Source: Octopus sinensis (lineage: Eukaryota). Taken from it: a stretch of 64,000 nt of DNA. Location of the stretch: the NCBI RefSeq assembly GCF_006345805.1, contig NC_042999.1, positions 67,022,001 through 67,086,000 of the forward strand, in the 5' to 3' direction. Below are positions 24,633 to 37,142 of the stretch, piece after piece. The first letter of the stretch is position 1. Each line of letters starts with the position of its first letter. The translations under genes were made by a program, and so were the position numbers. Under the pieces are notes generated by a model. It ran no database searches, was not told the origin of the DNA, and saw only the letters and a program-made list of their open reading frames with translations.

Positions 24633-25600
24633 ACACACACACACATATATATAGACCTATACGATGGGCTTCTTTCAGTTTCCGTCTACCAAATCCACTC
24701 ACGAGGCTTTGGTCGACCCAAGGCTATAGTAGAAGACACTTGCCCAAATTGTCACACAGTGGGAATGAACTCGGAATCCTGCAGTTGGTAAGCAAGCTAC
24801 TTACTGCACAGCCACTCCTGCGCCTATATGTGCCTTTTTATCTTGTATCTTTTTACTTGTTTCAGTCGTTAGACTGTGGCCATGCTGGGGCACTGCCTTG
24901 AAGAACTTTTAGTCAAATGAATCAATCCCAGTACTTTTTTCCATTTTTTTTTAACTAGATACCTATTCTATTATTTTCATTTGACAAACCACTAAGTTAC
25001 AGGGATGAAAACACACCAAAACCAGTTGTCAAGTAATGAGGTGGGGAACAAACACAGACACACACACACATAGATATATAAATGGCTGCGTGGTAAGTAG
25101 CTTGCTTACAAGCCACATGGTTCCGGGTTCAGTCCCACTGCGTGGCACCTTGGGCAAGTGTTTTCTACTAAAGCCTTGTGAGTGGATTTGGTAGACGGAA
25201 ACTGAAAGAAGCCAGTCGTATATTGTTTGTGTGCCTGTGTTTGTCCCCCCAACATTGCTTGGCAACCGATGGTGGTGTGTTTATGTCCCCGTAACTTAGC
25301 GGTTCAGCAAAAGAGACTGATAGATTAAGTACTAGGCTTCCAAAGAATAAGTCCTGGGGTCGATATATCGACTAAAGGTGCTGCTCTGGCCACAGCCAAA
25401 TGACTGAAACAAGTAAAAGATTAAAAAAGTATATATACGATGGGATTCTATCAGTTTCTGTTAACCAAATCCACTGACAAGGTGTTAGTTGACCTGAAGC
25501 AATAGTAGAAGACATCTTGCACAAGGTGCTATGCAGTAAGACTGAACCTAAACCCATCTGGTTGGGAAGCAAGCGTCTTACCTCACAGCCACGTCTGTGA
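22763..25600. mobile_element. Cluster of SINE family A copies (22763-23209 -, 24045-24370 -, 24379-24823 -, 24845-25070 -, 25083-25427 +, 25440-25595 -)
   Basis: Repeated family-A head and tail motifs. Confidence 0.8.
23245..24025 (-). mobile_element. (TA)n-anchored element with ~78-bp direct repeats (pLTR-like layout)
   Basis: cagcc.caaggaaaaactaagctaagagcattagattcc at ~23443 and ~23944. A related end segment at ~44400-44600 also follows (TA)n. Confidence 0.5.
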
Positions 25601-25943
25601 CTATTTAACTATTTTCACATAGGTCATAATACTGCAAAGACCTTGAAAGACCAATAGGGAGCAAATTGGCAGGGTCTTCATGGTATTTATTTTGGCTGTT
25701 AGCATTCTGATTTCAAATCATGCCAAGGTCAGCTTTGCGTTTCATCCTTCAGGAGATCAATAAAATAAAGTACCAATCTGGGGAAAAGAACCAGCAGCTG
25801 AATCAGTAGAGTGTAATGCGTTATGTACCTACATGCTGTGTTTCAAATAAAACATCATCAGTGTATAACGGCCATTTGTTTGAAGTATTTGTGATCAAAA
25901 GGAAAGTTATTCCCCACAAACAGAAAAATAGAGAGAGAGAGAG

Positions 25944-26020
<77 letters not shown>

Positions 26021-26823
26021 GTGTGTGTGTGTGTGTGTGTGTGTGTGTGGATATATATATATATATGGATATATATATATGGATATATATATATATATAT
26101 CCATATATATGTACATACATATATGCATATATATATATATGTACATATATATGTACATATATATATACATATATATATATATATGTATATATATATACAA
26201 ATAGATATACATACACACACATATATATATACATAATTGTAAATGATATTTATAAAGGGAGTCTAAGGGAGTGCGTATGGTATTCAGTGATGTGTAAATT
26301 GTTTCCTCATATGTGTAAATAAAAGAAATAAAAATGACAAAATGACATGAAACACAAAAATCTAAGTAAAAGAACATTCTGTGTGTGTATGTGCATGTGT
26401 ATGTATGTGCATGCATGTGTGTGTATGTGTGTGTATGCGTGCTTGTGAGTGAGTATTTGTGTGAGTGTAAATTTGTGAATGGGCACATGTGTGTATGTGT
26501 GCGTGTGAGTGTAAATTTGTGAATGGGCGTGTGTGTGTATGTGTGTGTTCGACCAGATGAAAGAGAAACGAAACAATGGCAACCACTCCATCCAATTATT
26601 AAGTCTTTACATGGTTGATCTATGGTAATGTTGGCATCGGCAGCGATGGTGTTCTTGGTGAAGTCATTAAGCTCTTTATTGTTGGTGCATCTCTTCCTCT
26701 TCCTTTTTCTCATTCTCCCGCCATCCCAATATATATATATAGTTTTACACACATATACAAATATATATATATATACATACACATATAAATATATATATAT
26801 ATGTATGTATATAAATATATATA

Positions 26824-26900
<77 letters not shown>

Positions 26901-27225
26901 ATATATATACACACACACATACAAACCTGTGTGTGGTATGGTTGTTGTCGTATGGTGTGCTGTCATGTTGAACGTATAACTCCAGCCAGGAGTATAAACA
27001 TAATATAAAGACTTTAAATGATTTCTATAAATACTATACCTTCAAGCTGATTTAATCTATGTTTGTCGATGTGTAGTGTGTATTATTAGATCTGAAAAAA
27101 AAAAATATGACCAGATTATATCATTATATTGCAAGAATGGAATTATTACAATAAAGATTTCTATCTTTGGTGTACGTGTGTGACATTTACCTACCTCACA
27201 GAGAACATGCTCCTCCTATGTGTGT

Positions 27226-27258
<33 letters not shown>

Positions 27259-27699
27259 CATAGTTGTGAGTGTGTGTGTGTGTGCATAGTTGTGAGTGTG
27301 TGTGTATGTGTGTTTGTATGTTAACATATGTTTATGAATGTTTGTGTATATCATTGACACCATCATCATTATTGTTTTAATGCCCACTTTTCCATACTCA
27401 AACAGGTTGGGGCAGGGCTTGAATTTTGTTGAGGTAGATTTTTTTTCTCTACAGCCAGATACCCTTCCTGTTGCCAATCCTCACCTATTTCCAAGTTAGG
27501 TAATATTTCCCCATGATCAGACAGCTTCATCAAAGATTAGAAACAAGGACACCATTTGAATGACATATATGTGTTTCAAACTCTCATACAATATCAGAAC
27601 AAGCAGAGAAAAACACACACACACACACACATACATGTCAAGAGTTCTGGATGAGCCTACCTCATAGCAAGAGACATAGATGATGGCAGCAACATCAAA

Positions 27700-28350
27700 C
27701 TCCCTCCTTCACCAAATACCCCATATCACAGGAGGTTTCAAGCAGTGAAGGTGTAGCAAAGCTAACAGCAATACCCCAGCTTGGTCACAGCTCAAAAATA
27801 ATGCCCCTGTTTCACCGCATGACTTCAACTGCAGACATTTTTCTAACTAAACATTTAATGGGGTTGTCTTAAAAATTCTTTTGCATACCAAGCGGGAGTG
27901 AAGTTGATTGATGTCGCAGTACCAAATAGGATTGACTATAAACAACTTTGAAAAATGATTCTGCTCACACAAACATTCATGTATTAATCTGGATTCCACA
28001 AGCCCTCCACAAATACTCCACAAGCCTCTCCAATTATATTTGGAAGCTAAGGGATAACAGTGAAAGGGCCTTCAAATTTTTTGTAAAAATTTGAAATACA
28101 GATCTGTTTACAATATTATTGGATGAAACAAATGCAACCAATTTCTGATGGCTTACTTTTGAAGTGTACACAGATGTACATACAACTGAATTTCACTTTT
28201 CACAAATATGTTCATCAAGTATACCAAAGGAATCTGAACAAGCAGATTCCAAGAAATAGCACTGATTATGTGCAAATTTGAATGAAAGATTTGGATGCTA
28301 TGGGAGATGTCCAAGTTTTAAGAGATGCAGCATTTGACATATTTTATTAA
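27700..28350 (+). pseudogene. Degenerate Penelope-like element GIY-YIG endonuclease region
   Basis: Frameshifted pieces FNCR...CLKNSFAYQAGV, IGLTINNFEK*FCSHKHS (from 27926) and KYSTSLSNYIWKLRDN (from 28011) fit the PLE GIY-YIG pattern. Confidence 0.75.
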
Positions 28351-28592
28351 CTTTATACACTAACATGTATTTACATTTATTTACCTACTCCATAATGAAT
28401 TAATCAGTTTCACAATAATACTATATTTGAATTTTTTAGTTTGTAACCTTTAATAATATTAATGTCTTTAACTTAGGGATTACATTACAGGTTTTGTTTC
28501 TTTATATATATTTTTTTATTTCTTATTTTTTTTATTCCTTATCATATTATGAGGTATGTTAAACTTTTAGTTTTTAAATTTATTTTAGGAAT

Positions 28593-28713
28593 TTGACCTG
28601 AGGAGTGACCGCTTTTGGGAGTAAAATCATTTTTTTGTTCTAATGAACTCAGATATGGTTTTCTTATATGATTTTATATAGTCCTGACCCAGCCATGAAA
28701 TGTGTGTAGTCAA
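28593..28713 (+). ncRNA. Decayed type I HHR with long stem II insert, 3' of the Penelope remnant
   Basis: ttgac-CTGAGGA(28598-28604)-gtgac...~80 nt...gccat-GAAA(28697-28700)-tgtgt-GTA-gtcaa. Stem I ttgac/gtcaa is perfect; stem III reads as CpG-decayed ACGCGCGT. Confidence 0.6.
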
Positions 28714-29434
28714 TGTACAAGTACTTACTTTTATAAATTATATTATTGCATTAATTTTTATTTTTCAATTTACACTTAATTCGACTTTAGATTAATATTT
28801 TTATGATGAATGTTTCTTTGTATGGTATTCACTGTGATTTTAAAAGTCTTTGCTCTTATATATTATATGATTGCAATAATCTTACTGTTCAATATTACAT
28901 ATTATTAAAATTTTAGATTAGTTTTTGTATGGTGTATGTCTCACAGAATGGCTTTGGATGGGTTTTCCATTGACAGAGTTGTGAAGTGGTGGTTCGTCTC
29001 TAAGTTGATGTGTTTACATCCCTGTCACTTAGCAGTTTGGCAAAAACAAGCCAATAGAATAAGTATTAGGCTTACAAAGAATAAGTCCTGGGGTTGATTT
29101 CTTCAACTACAAGGTGGTGCTCCAGCATGGCCACAGTCATATTACTGAAACAAATAAAAGAATATATATATAAATATATATATATATACAGAGAGAGAGA
29201 GAGAATGAGAGAGTGAGCAAGATGTAGATATATACATATATGTATACTTGTACATATGTACGTATCCATAAAGGATGGATGTAACTCTGTTGTTATGGTG
29301 AACCTGTTTGTTATGTCCAACCTACAGTGTTTTCAAAAACAGACGTGATTTCTATGTTCATTGAAGCATATCAGACCAACACTTGTTATATTTTTCTGTC
29401 CTTAACTGGCAGGAAATGAATCAAATGTGGCCAA

Positions 29435-29656
29435 CATCATCATCATCATCATCATCATCATTGTTATCATCATCATCATCATCATCATCATTATCATCAT
29501 CATCATCATTATCATCATCATCGTTGTCGTCGTCGTTGTCATCATCATCATCACCATCATCATCATTATCATCGTCATCGTCGTCGTCGTCGTCATCGTC
29601 ATCATCATCATCATCATCATCATCATTACCATCATCATCGCTGTTGTCATCATCAT
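29435..29656. repeat. (CAT/CGT)n trinucleotide tract (others at ~6225-6400, 10000-10140, 30919-30995, 47185-47380, 58150-58340)
   Basis: Directly visible. Confidence 0.95.
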
Positions 29657-30049
29657 GAAGGCTAAACTGTTTTAAGTATCTCTTTTATATACCTTACATG
29701 AGTGCGTGCAAGTGTATCTATATATATGCATGTTTGTACATATGTATATGTACACACACATACACGTGCACATGCACACACATTTACACACACACAGAGA
29801 CACGCATGCACATACACACACACACTCATGTGTATATTTATAAATGCATATCTGTATATGTATATACATATATGCATATCTGTATATATGCTTATCTGTA
29901 TATGCATATCTGTATATATGCATATCTGTATATGTATATACACCCATACACATACATGCACATTAATACTTATATTTATATAAATGTATGTACACACACA
30001 TATATATACACGTGGTATATACACACATACATGCACACACACACACATA

Positions 30050-30255
30050 TACTCACATGTGGAAAAATTCCTGGCTTAAGGGCTTTAAGGATATTACACA
30101 ACCTTCCGAGTTCTTTTACAGGGCTTGCAAAAACTGAAGGACCACTGCAATAAGTGTGTGAATCTGAGAGAGGAATACATTTAATGAAAACATAATTAAC
30201 TGATCCCCCATATTTTCTTTTACCCAAAGCCAGGAACTTTTCCACATGTGAGTAT
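30050..30255 (+). mobile_element. Short mariner-derived MITE
   Basis: TIRs gaaaaattcctggctt / aagccaggaactttt. Interior reads QGLQKLKDHCNKCVNLREEYI*, like a mariner transposase C-terminus. Confidence 0.65.
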
Positions 30256-30916
30256 GTGTGTGTGTGTGTGTGCATGTATGTGTGTATATACCACGTGTAT
30301 ATATATGTGTGTGTACATACATTTATATAAATATAAATATTAATGTGCATGTATGTGTATGGGTGTATATACATATGCATTGCTATGTATGTGCATATAT
30401 ATAAATATAAGCATTAAGGTGCATGTGTGTATGCGTGTATTTGTGTGTGTGTATGTGTGTGTGTGTGTGTGCATGTGGATGCGTGTATGTGTGCTCAGGT
30501 TTCTGTGTGTGTGTGTATGCAAGCATTTTCTTTTACATCCACTTTTCCATGCTGGCATGAGTCGGGGGAGTCACCACAGTCCAAATCAGTTGTTATTCAG
30601 TATTACTTAACTCTAGGTATTTGGGAGATTGCATCACAACCACATCTTCCATTTTTATTCATATGATCTCTAACATTCATTTAACTTCCTGCCACAAAAC
30701 ACTCCACAGAATTTACGAGGTGCATCTTATCAAAGTCACTAGCAGTGGAAAGTAGTAAAAGCCATAGGGTCCACTCTACTGAAGGTGGTTTCTAAGCATT
30801 GTTCACAGAACTTGAGTGGTTGCCTCACACCCAACAAAACTAAAGAGTGAACTAATGTATGGTTAGCATGCAAAGCAGCTGACTTTGGTACGTTTACACC
30901 TTTTTCCTAAAGTGAG

Positions 30917-30995
<79 letters not shown>

Positions 30996-31273
30996 GCTTA
31001 ACGTCTGCTTTCCATGCTAGCATGGGTTGGACAATTTGACTGAGGACTGGCGAACCAGATGGCTGCACCATCCGGTCTGATCTGGCAGAGTTTCTACTGC
31101 TGGATGCCCTTCCTAACACCAACCACTCTGAGAATGTAGTGGGTGCTTTTACGTGCCACTGGCACAAGGGCCAGTCTGGCAGTACTGGCAACAGCCACGC
31201 TCAAATGGTGTTTTTTACATGCCACCTGCACAGGAATCAGTCCAGTGGCACAGGCAACAACCTCACTCAAATG

Positions 31274-31554
31274 TTATTATTATTCAGGTCACTGCCTGAA
31301 ATTGAACTCGGAATCTTGGGGTTAGTAGACTGCGCTCTTAACTCGGAATCTTGGGGTTAGTAGACCAAGCTCTTAACCACTACACCATATGCCCACGGGC
31401 ATATGGAGTAGTGGTTAAGAACGCGGGCTACTAACCCCAAGATTCCAAGCCTGATTGCAGGCAGTGAATAATAGTAATAATAATAATAATAATAACTTCG
31501 AAAAATACCTTAAGAATGAGAACCCAGGTTTGAAATTTCCCCAAGACACCTGAT
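31274..31554. mobile_element. Second copy of the tRNA-head/HHR-tail element: two heads head-to-head, tail truncated in the HHR core
   Basis: Palindrome catatgccc-ac-gggcatatg centred at 31395/31396. Same ggctactaaccccaagattcc head and gaaaaatacc...gagaacccagg tail as 3490-3700. Ends at acacCTGAT. Confidence 0.8.
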
Positions 31555-31935
31555 TTTTTAAAATTGAGCATGCCTCTTCATGTCTTGAGTAACCTGAATA
31601 TCTGCTGTTATTATTTTCTGAAACATAAATTACATAAGGTTAATTTAAAACAGTAATTCCTCAAAAAAAAAAAGTAATTACTCATGCAAACAGTAATTCC
31701 TCAAAAATATGATGTTCTTAAATAGCCTGCACACCCTGTCTTAACAAAGACTTTCTTTCACCTGAAGACATAGCTTAAATTCTGCATTATTTTGAAGTAG
31801 TTTTTGCATTAATGTAGACATGTAAGTAATTTATTTATCATTAAATATAATATAAATTATTTATATGTTAAGTTATAAAATTATTTGTTTTGATATTAGA
31901 ATTTTCTTATTGTTAAATAAAACTTCATCAAACTA

Positions 31936-32489
31936 TTGGGTTGTCCGGAAAGCTCGTGTTGATTTTTAAAGGAAAGCAAAAGGCCAATAAATACCTGCCA
32001 TTACATTTTTAATCAACCAAGTATGAACCATTTTATTGCACAATGGTTCATACTTGGAAAATACCCTCTTCCCAGAATTGAGGTGGTTTCATGGCAAAGA
32101 ATTCATCAAGGTATCTTATTACGTCATCCAAGCAATTGAAATTTTTACCATTAGGACTATTCTGCAGAGACCTGAATTAGTGGAAATCCAAAGGAGCAAT
32201 ATCTGGGGAATATGGAGGGTGGGGTAACACATCCCAGCCGAGCTGCAGCAATTTTTGTCTGGTTCCCAAAGCATCAAGTGCCGAAAATGAACTTTCTTTC
32301 CTTCCATTTTAAAGGGTTACAGAATTAACACAGGTTATAGGAACATAAATCTTCTGCCACGAAAAGATAGCTTAAACTGTCTCTAAATGGGGGGTGTAGT
32401 CAAATCCTGTTTTATGGACTCAAACATGTTCTAAAATAAGTCAAAAGGTAAGCTACAATAAATCGGCACAAACTTTCCAGACAACCCAA
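31936..32489 (-). mobile_element. Internally deleted mariner (MITE)
   Basis: TIRs ttgggttgtccggaaag / ctttccagacaacccaa with TA duplication. Remnants KVHFRHLMLWE and PTLHIPQILLLWI on the minus strand. Confidence 0.85.
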
Positions 32490-32499
32490 TATTTCTCTG

Positions 32500-32890
32500 T
32501 CATTTATAGGAACAAATTCTTGATACACAATACCACATTTTTGGGGTTGTCCCTTGTGGCAGGTTGTCCAGATCACTCATTGTCTTCCAAGGACGTCCTT
32601 CTGCTTCTGAAGTACCTGTGCCATTCAAAACATTGTGTACAACCCATTGTCCCATTGCTTAATGTCTCTGTAGTAGACTTCCCAAGTTTAACGCAAAATT
32701 TCCTATTGACTCTTTGTCTCTGTCTATCATAGACTACACCATACATGTGATCACAAAAACACAAGTCTCACAACTTGCAAAGTAAATACAGTGATGTGCT
32801 TGGCAGTGCTAACTCTCATGGCACACACAAGAATGTGATGCCATCTGTTGGCATGCTACAGAACTAGTCCGGAAAATTTTCAATACCACT
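32500..32890 (-). mobile_element. Mariner 5' fragment
   Basis: QRVNRKFCVKLGKSTTET..CFEWHRYFRSRRTSLEDNE (ORF 32573-32764). Confidence 0.75.
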
Positions 32891-33189
32891 AAACTAGAAT
32901 TAGTAAAGATGTCATCTCCCTCATCACATTGTAATTACCTTATTCAGGTACGCAGCTCACACATTGGCATACAAGCACACTTCCCGGCACTTCCAGACAG
33001 GTGTAACAGTTATTCTTTGAAAATTTCAGTATCCAATATGAGCAATTCTCTAGCCGGACAATGATTCATACACAAAGGAAAGAATTTTTGGAAAGGTGGC
33101 AGACTGGAAAACGACAGTCATTGGTTCTGATATGTATTTTTAGTATGAATATCGTTAAACGATGATGATGATGATGATGATGATGCCAT

Positions 33190-33370
33190 GATAGATCGTT
33201 AGCCACTACACACATTTTTTTCTCTCCTTGTTTTTTCTGTGTCCCTTTCTGTAGAAGAGCATAGGCTCGAAACATAAAAGACTTTTTCTGTTCCTGAGCT
33301 TTTTACTAATACATCTGTTTGTTTTGTACACCACCTGTCTTCGTCTTGTTTTTTTCGTAAACTCTCCCTA
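33190..33370 (+). mobile_element. Solo pLTR-like fragment with variant minimal HHR (33245-33280) abutting (TA)n
   Basis: cttt-CTGTAGA-a-gagc-atag-gctc-GAAAC-ATA-aaag. Shares the downstream ttcctgagc motif and layout with 5320-5530. The core deviates (CUGUAGA). Confidence 0.6.
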
Positions 33371-33476
33371 TATATATATATAAATAAGGATAAGATGGTT
33401 AATTTAAATTAAATAACGATCTTATCAAGTGGTCAGCATGGAAATAAAAACCTTCAAAGGTAATAATTATTATTAA

Positions 33477-33710
33477 AATTATAATTTAGGGTATCTACAA
33501 GATACTACCATGCTGAAAATAGCAGCCAAAATCTGATTCTAAAACCACATTAAATCCTCATACAGCACAAAGAGAGAAGACGCTAGTTTTATTTTGTCTT
33601 TTTGTTTTCTCTCCTTATGCTGTATGAGCATTTAATGTGGTTTTAGAGTCAGATTTTGGCTGCTATTTTCAGCATGGCGGTATCTCGTAGATACCCTAAA
33701 TTATAATTGT
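33477..33710. repeat. ~105-bp-arm inverted repeat between (TA)n tracts
   Basis: aattataatttagggtatctac...gagagaa is mirrored by ttctctcc...gtagataccctaaattataatt. Confidence 0.85.
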
Positions 33711-33732
33711 ATATATATATACATATGTATAC

Positions 33733-33787
<55 letters not shown>

Positions 33788-34580
33788 AATCAAAGTAATT
33801 CACTGCTATATACCAGACTGTAAGAATGCACTTTTATTTTTATGGCTTCTAGGCCTATAATCACTACATGTGTGTGTGTGTATGTGCATGTATGTGTGTG
33901 TCTGTCTGTCTGTCTGTGTATGAGTATGAATATATACAGACACAAAATTCAGATACACATAAAACTAATACACACACACACACCTGTAAATGAACATATA
34001 TATATATATATAATGTACTATACTATCAATTATTGAATCAATAACTATTTCACATAGTCTGATAAATGTAATCAATTACTTCATAATGGAAGTGGTTATT
34101 GGCTGATTAAGTGTATTGATTTATAACTAGGTGGACTGTGCTTAAATTTCTTGAGCACAGATGCAATAAGTGGAACGATGCTATTAAGACTCGAGTGTCT
34201 TGTCAATAGTTAAGGTGCAAGCCCTGGTGGTCAAGATGTTGTACTGACGATCGTACAGTTGAAAGTTCAAATCCTGGACTAGGTGAGGCATTGTGTGTTT
34301 TAATATCACTCAAGTGTAATTAGTTCAAGTAAGTACTGATTGGGCAATGGTGTTGTCCTCTTTTCCTCCAGCTGTCTCTTCCTCGATGTTCCTGGGTCAA
34401 GAGAAGCAGAGCCAACAGAATGTCAATATCTGCTCTACACAACAAAGACACTTAAAACAATTACTGAAAACATGGCTCATGTTACAAGTCAGACTCCCTT
34501 GCATATGATGGCCAAAGATACTTTTTTTTTTATCTTGTCCATAGACAAATAATTCCAGGTGACATCTGCAAAGAGTTACT

Positions 34581-34825
34581 ATGCCACACACAAAAAATTC
34601 AGCAGAACTGTCAGATTTTCAAAGAGGTCATATTGTTGGGCAATCTGAGGCTGGTCTTAGCCAGCAAAAAATTGACGAAGATCTTCAAATTCCTCTTGCT
34701 ACTGTTAATAGAATTATAGTGCAATTCAAAAGTCAAGGAAAAGCATCAACAGATTCTCATCCCGGCCAACCTGGGCCCTCAAAAAGGAAACTTCGCTGTT
34801 TGAAGAGAATTGTGGAAAACAAAGT
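34581..34825 (+). mobile_element. Tc1-like transposase N-terminal fragment
   Basis: ELSDFQRGHIVGQSEAGLSQQKI..IPLATVNRIIVQFK..RKLRCLKRIV. Confidence 0.75.
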
Positions 34826-36300
34826 CCTTGTCATGTCTTGCCAAATTGCTTGCCTTTCCTCACTACTTTAACCTATACCTACTGACTCAAAGGAAGCCAC
34901 CTATAGCTGTTTTAAACAAGGCAATCACATAACCACAACTTCAACTGCTGTTCAAACTGGAATTTTGGTGGTGCACCTATTTGAGCACTCAGAACACATA
35001 CCTATTAATTTGAGTCATCTTGATGAAAACTCCTCATATCTTTTATATATAGATGATAGGCTTCCACACAGTTTCTGTTCACCAAATAATTCACTCACAA
35101 GGCATTGGTCAGCCTGGGGCTAGAGTAGAAGACATTTTCCCAAGGTGCCATGCAGTGGGACTGAACCCAAAATCCACGTGGTCGCAAAACAGGCTTCTTA
35201 ACCACACAGCCATGCCTGCACCTTCTGGCATATAAACTCATCTATCTTTTTTAATGCTTAATATACTCTAGAAAGATGAGTAATGAAAAAAGGATTATTT
35301 CTAAATACAAATTTAAAAGGGAAGTTATAAGCAAATGTTCCAAAACACATACACATACACAAACACACACGTGTGCACACATGCACACACACACACACAT
35401 GAACACACATGCACATACACACAGAGGCACATACACACACATGCACACTCTTTTTTATGTTCTTATCTATAATAATAAATGATGTTTCTTTTAAAGAAAA
35501 ATAAATAATATTTTTTTTAAATATAAAAGAACAGAGAAGGAATTATGTTACTGAAATGTATTCCATTTTATGAATTTTATGAATACACAATAGAAAGTTG
35601 ACAGAAAAATCCAATAATATTATTTTTTAAAGAACAAATTCAAAAATTTAATGAGGTGTCACGAAACACATTAATATTTCATTTTCTAAAATTTATTTTA
35701 TTCAACAGAATAAACATACAGCTGCAGATATGACTATGAAGTTACAAAGCACACTTCACACCCATAAGGCTTCAGATTCCCTCTCACTTCATGGAACCTT
35801 CGGCAAGTGTCTTCTACTTCTGTGATAGCCTCAGGCCAACCAAAACCTTATGATTGAATTTGGTAGGTGGAAATTGTGTGGAAGCCCATCGTATCGTCAT
35901 TATCATCATTTAATGTCTGCGTTCCATGGTGGCACAGATTGGATTGATTGACAGGATTTGATGTATCCAAGAACTACATCTTGCTCTAATTCTGCTTTGG
36001 CATGGTTTCTACAGCTGGATGCTCTTCCTAATATCATATATACATACATACATCATCATCATCATCATCATCATCGTTTAGCGTCCGTTTTCCATGCTAG
36101 CATGGGTTGGACGGTTCAACTGGGGTCTGTGAAGCCGGAAGGCTTCATCAGGCCTAGTCAGATCTGGCAGTGTTTCTACGGCTGGATGCCCTTCCTAACG
36201 CCAACCACTCCATGAGTGTAGTGAGTGCTTTTTATGTGCCACCCGCAAAGGTGCCAGACAGAGCTGGCAAACGGCCACGAATGGATGGTGCTTTTTATAC

Positions 36301-36427
<127 letters not shown>

Positions 36428-36606
36428 AAAGTAAGATAGGGTTTATGGGTGTAGCCCACTATGGGATATCATTTATCCAATATACTGTTGGTAAAGTACC
36501 CAAATTTTTAATACATAAATGTTTTTGATTGCAAAGCAATTAGTTCATTTATTGTATTAAACGGGTGAAGGTAAAAAAATATTTTTACCGTAAATTTATA
36601 ATAAAA

Positions 36607-36833
36607 ATAAGAAAATAGAGAAACAAAATTAGTTTGTTCATCAACCTATGGATATCATAATGTTGGATTATTTATTCAATTTACAAATGAGAACATTAAA
36701 AGCATACAAAAATATTATATAAATAATATTTTGTATGCTTTTGATGTTCTCATTTGTAAAATGAATAAATAATCCAACATTATAATATCCGTAAGTTGAT
36801 GAACAAACCAAATTTGTTTCTCCATTTTCTTAT
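36607..36833. repeat. ~110-bp-arm palindrome between (TA)n tracts
   Basis: taagaaaatagagaaac...gcatacaaaaatatt is mirrored about ~36720. Confidence 0.85.
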
Positions 36834-37142
36834 ATATATATGTATGTATATATGTATCATCATCATCATCATCATCGTTTAGCGTCCGTTTTCCATGCTA
36901 GCATGGGTTGGACGGTTCTACTGGGGTCTGTGAAGCCAGAAGGCTTCATCAGGCCCAGTCAAATCTGGCAGTGTTTCTACGGCTGGATGCCCTTCCTAAC
37001 GCCAACCACTCCGTGAGTGTAGTGGGTGCTTTTTACGTATATAAATATGAGATATATGTATATAAATAGAGATAGATAGATCTTAATATTAATAATAATA
37101 AAGAATATGGAGACTTGTACATCCACACAATTTATTTTATAA

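Noticed and set aside
25907-26920. 337-aa ORF and similar YI/CV/HT-rich ORFs throughout
   Set aside because: Translations of dinucleotide microsatellites.
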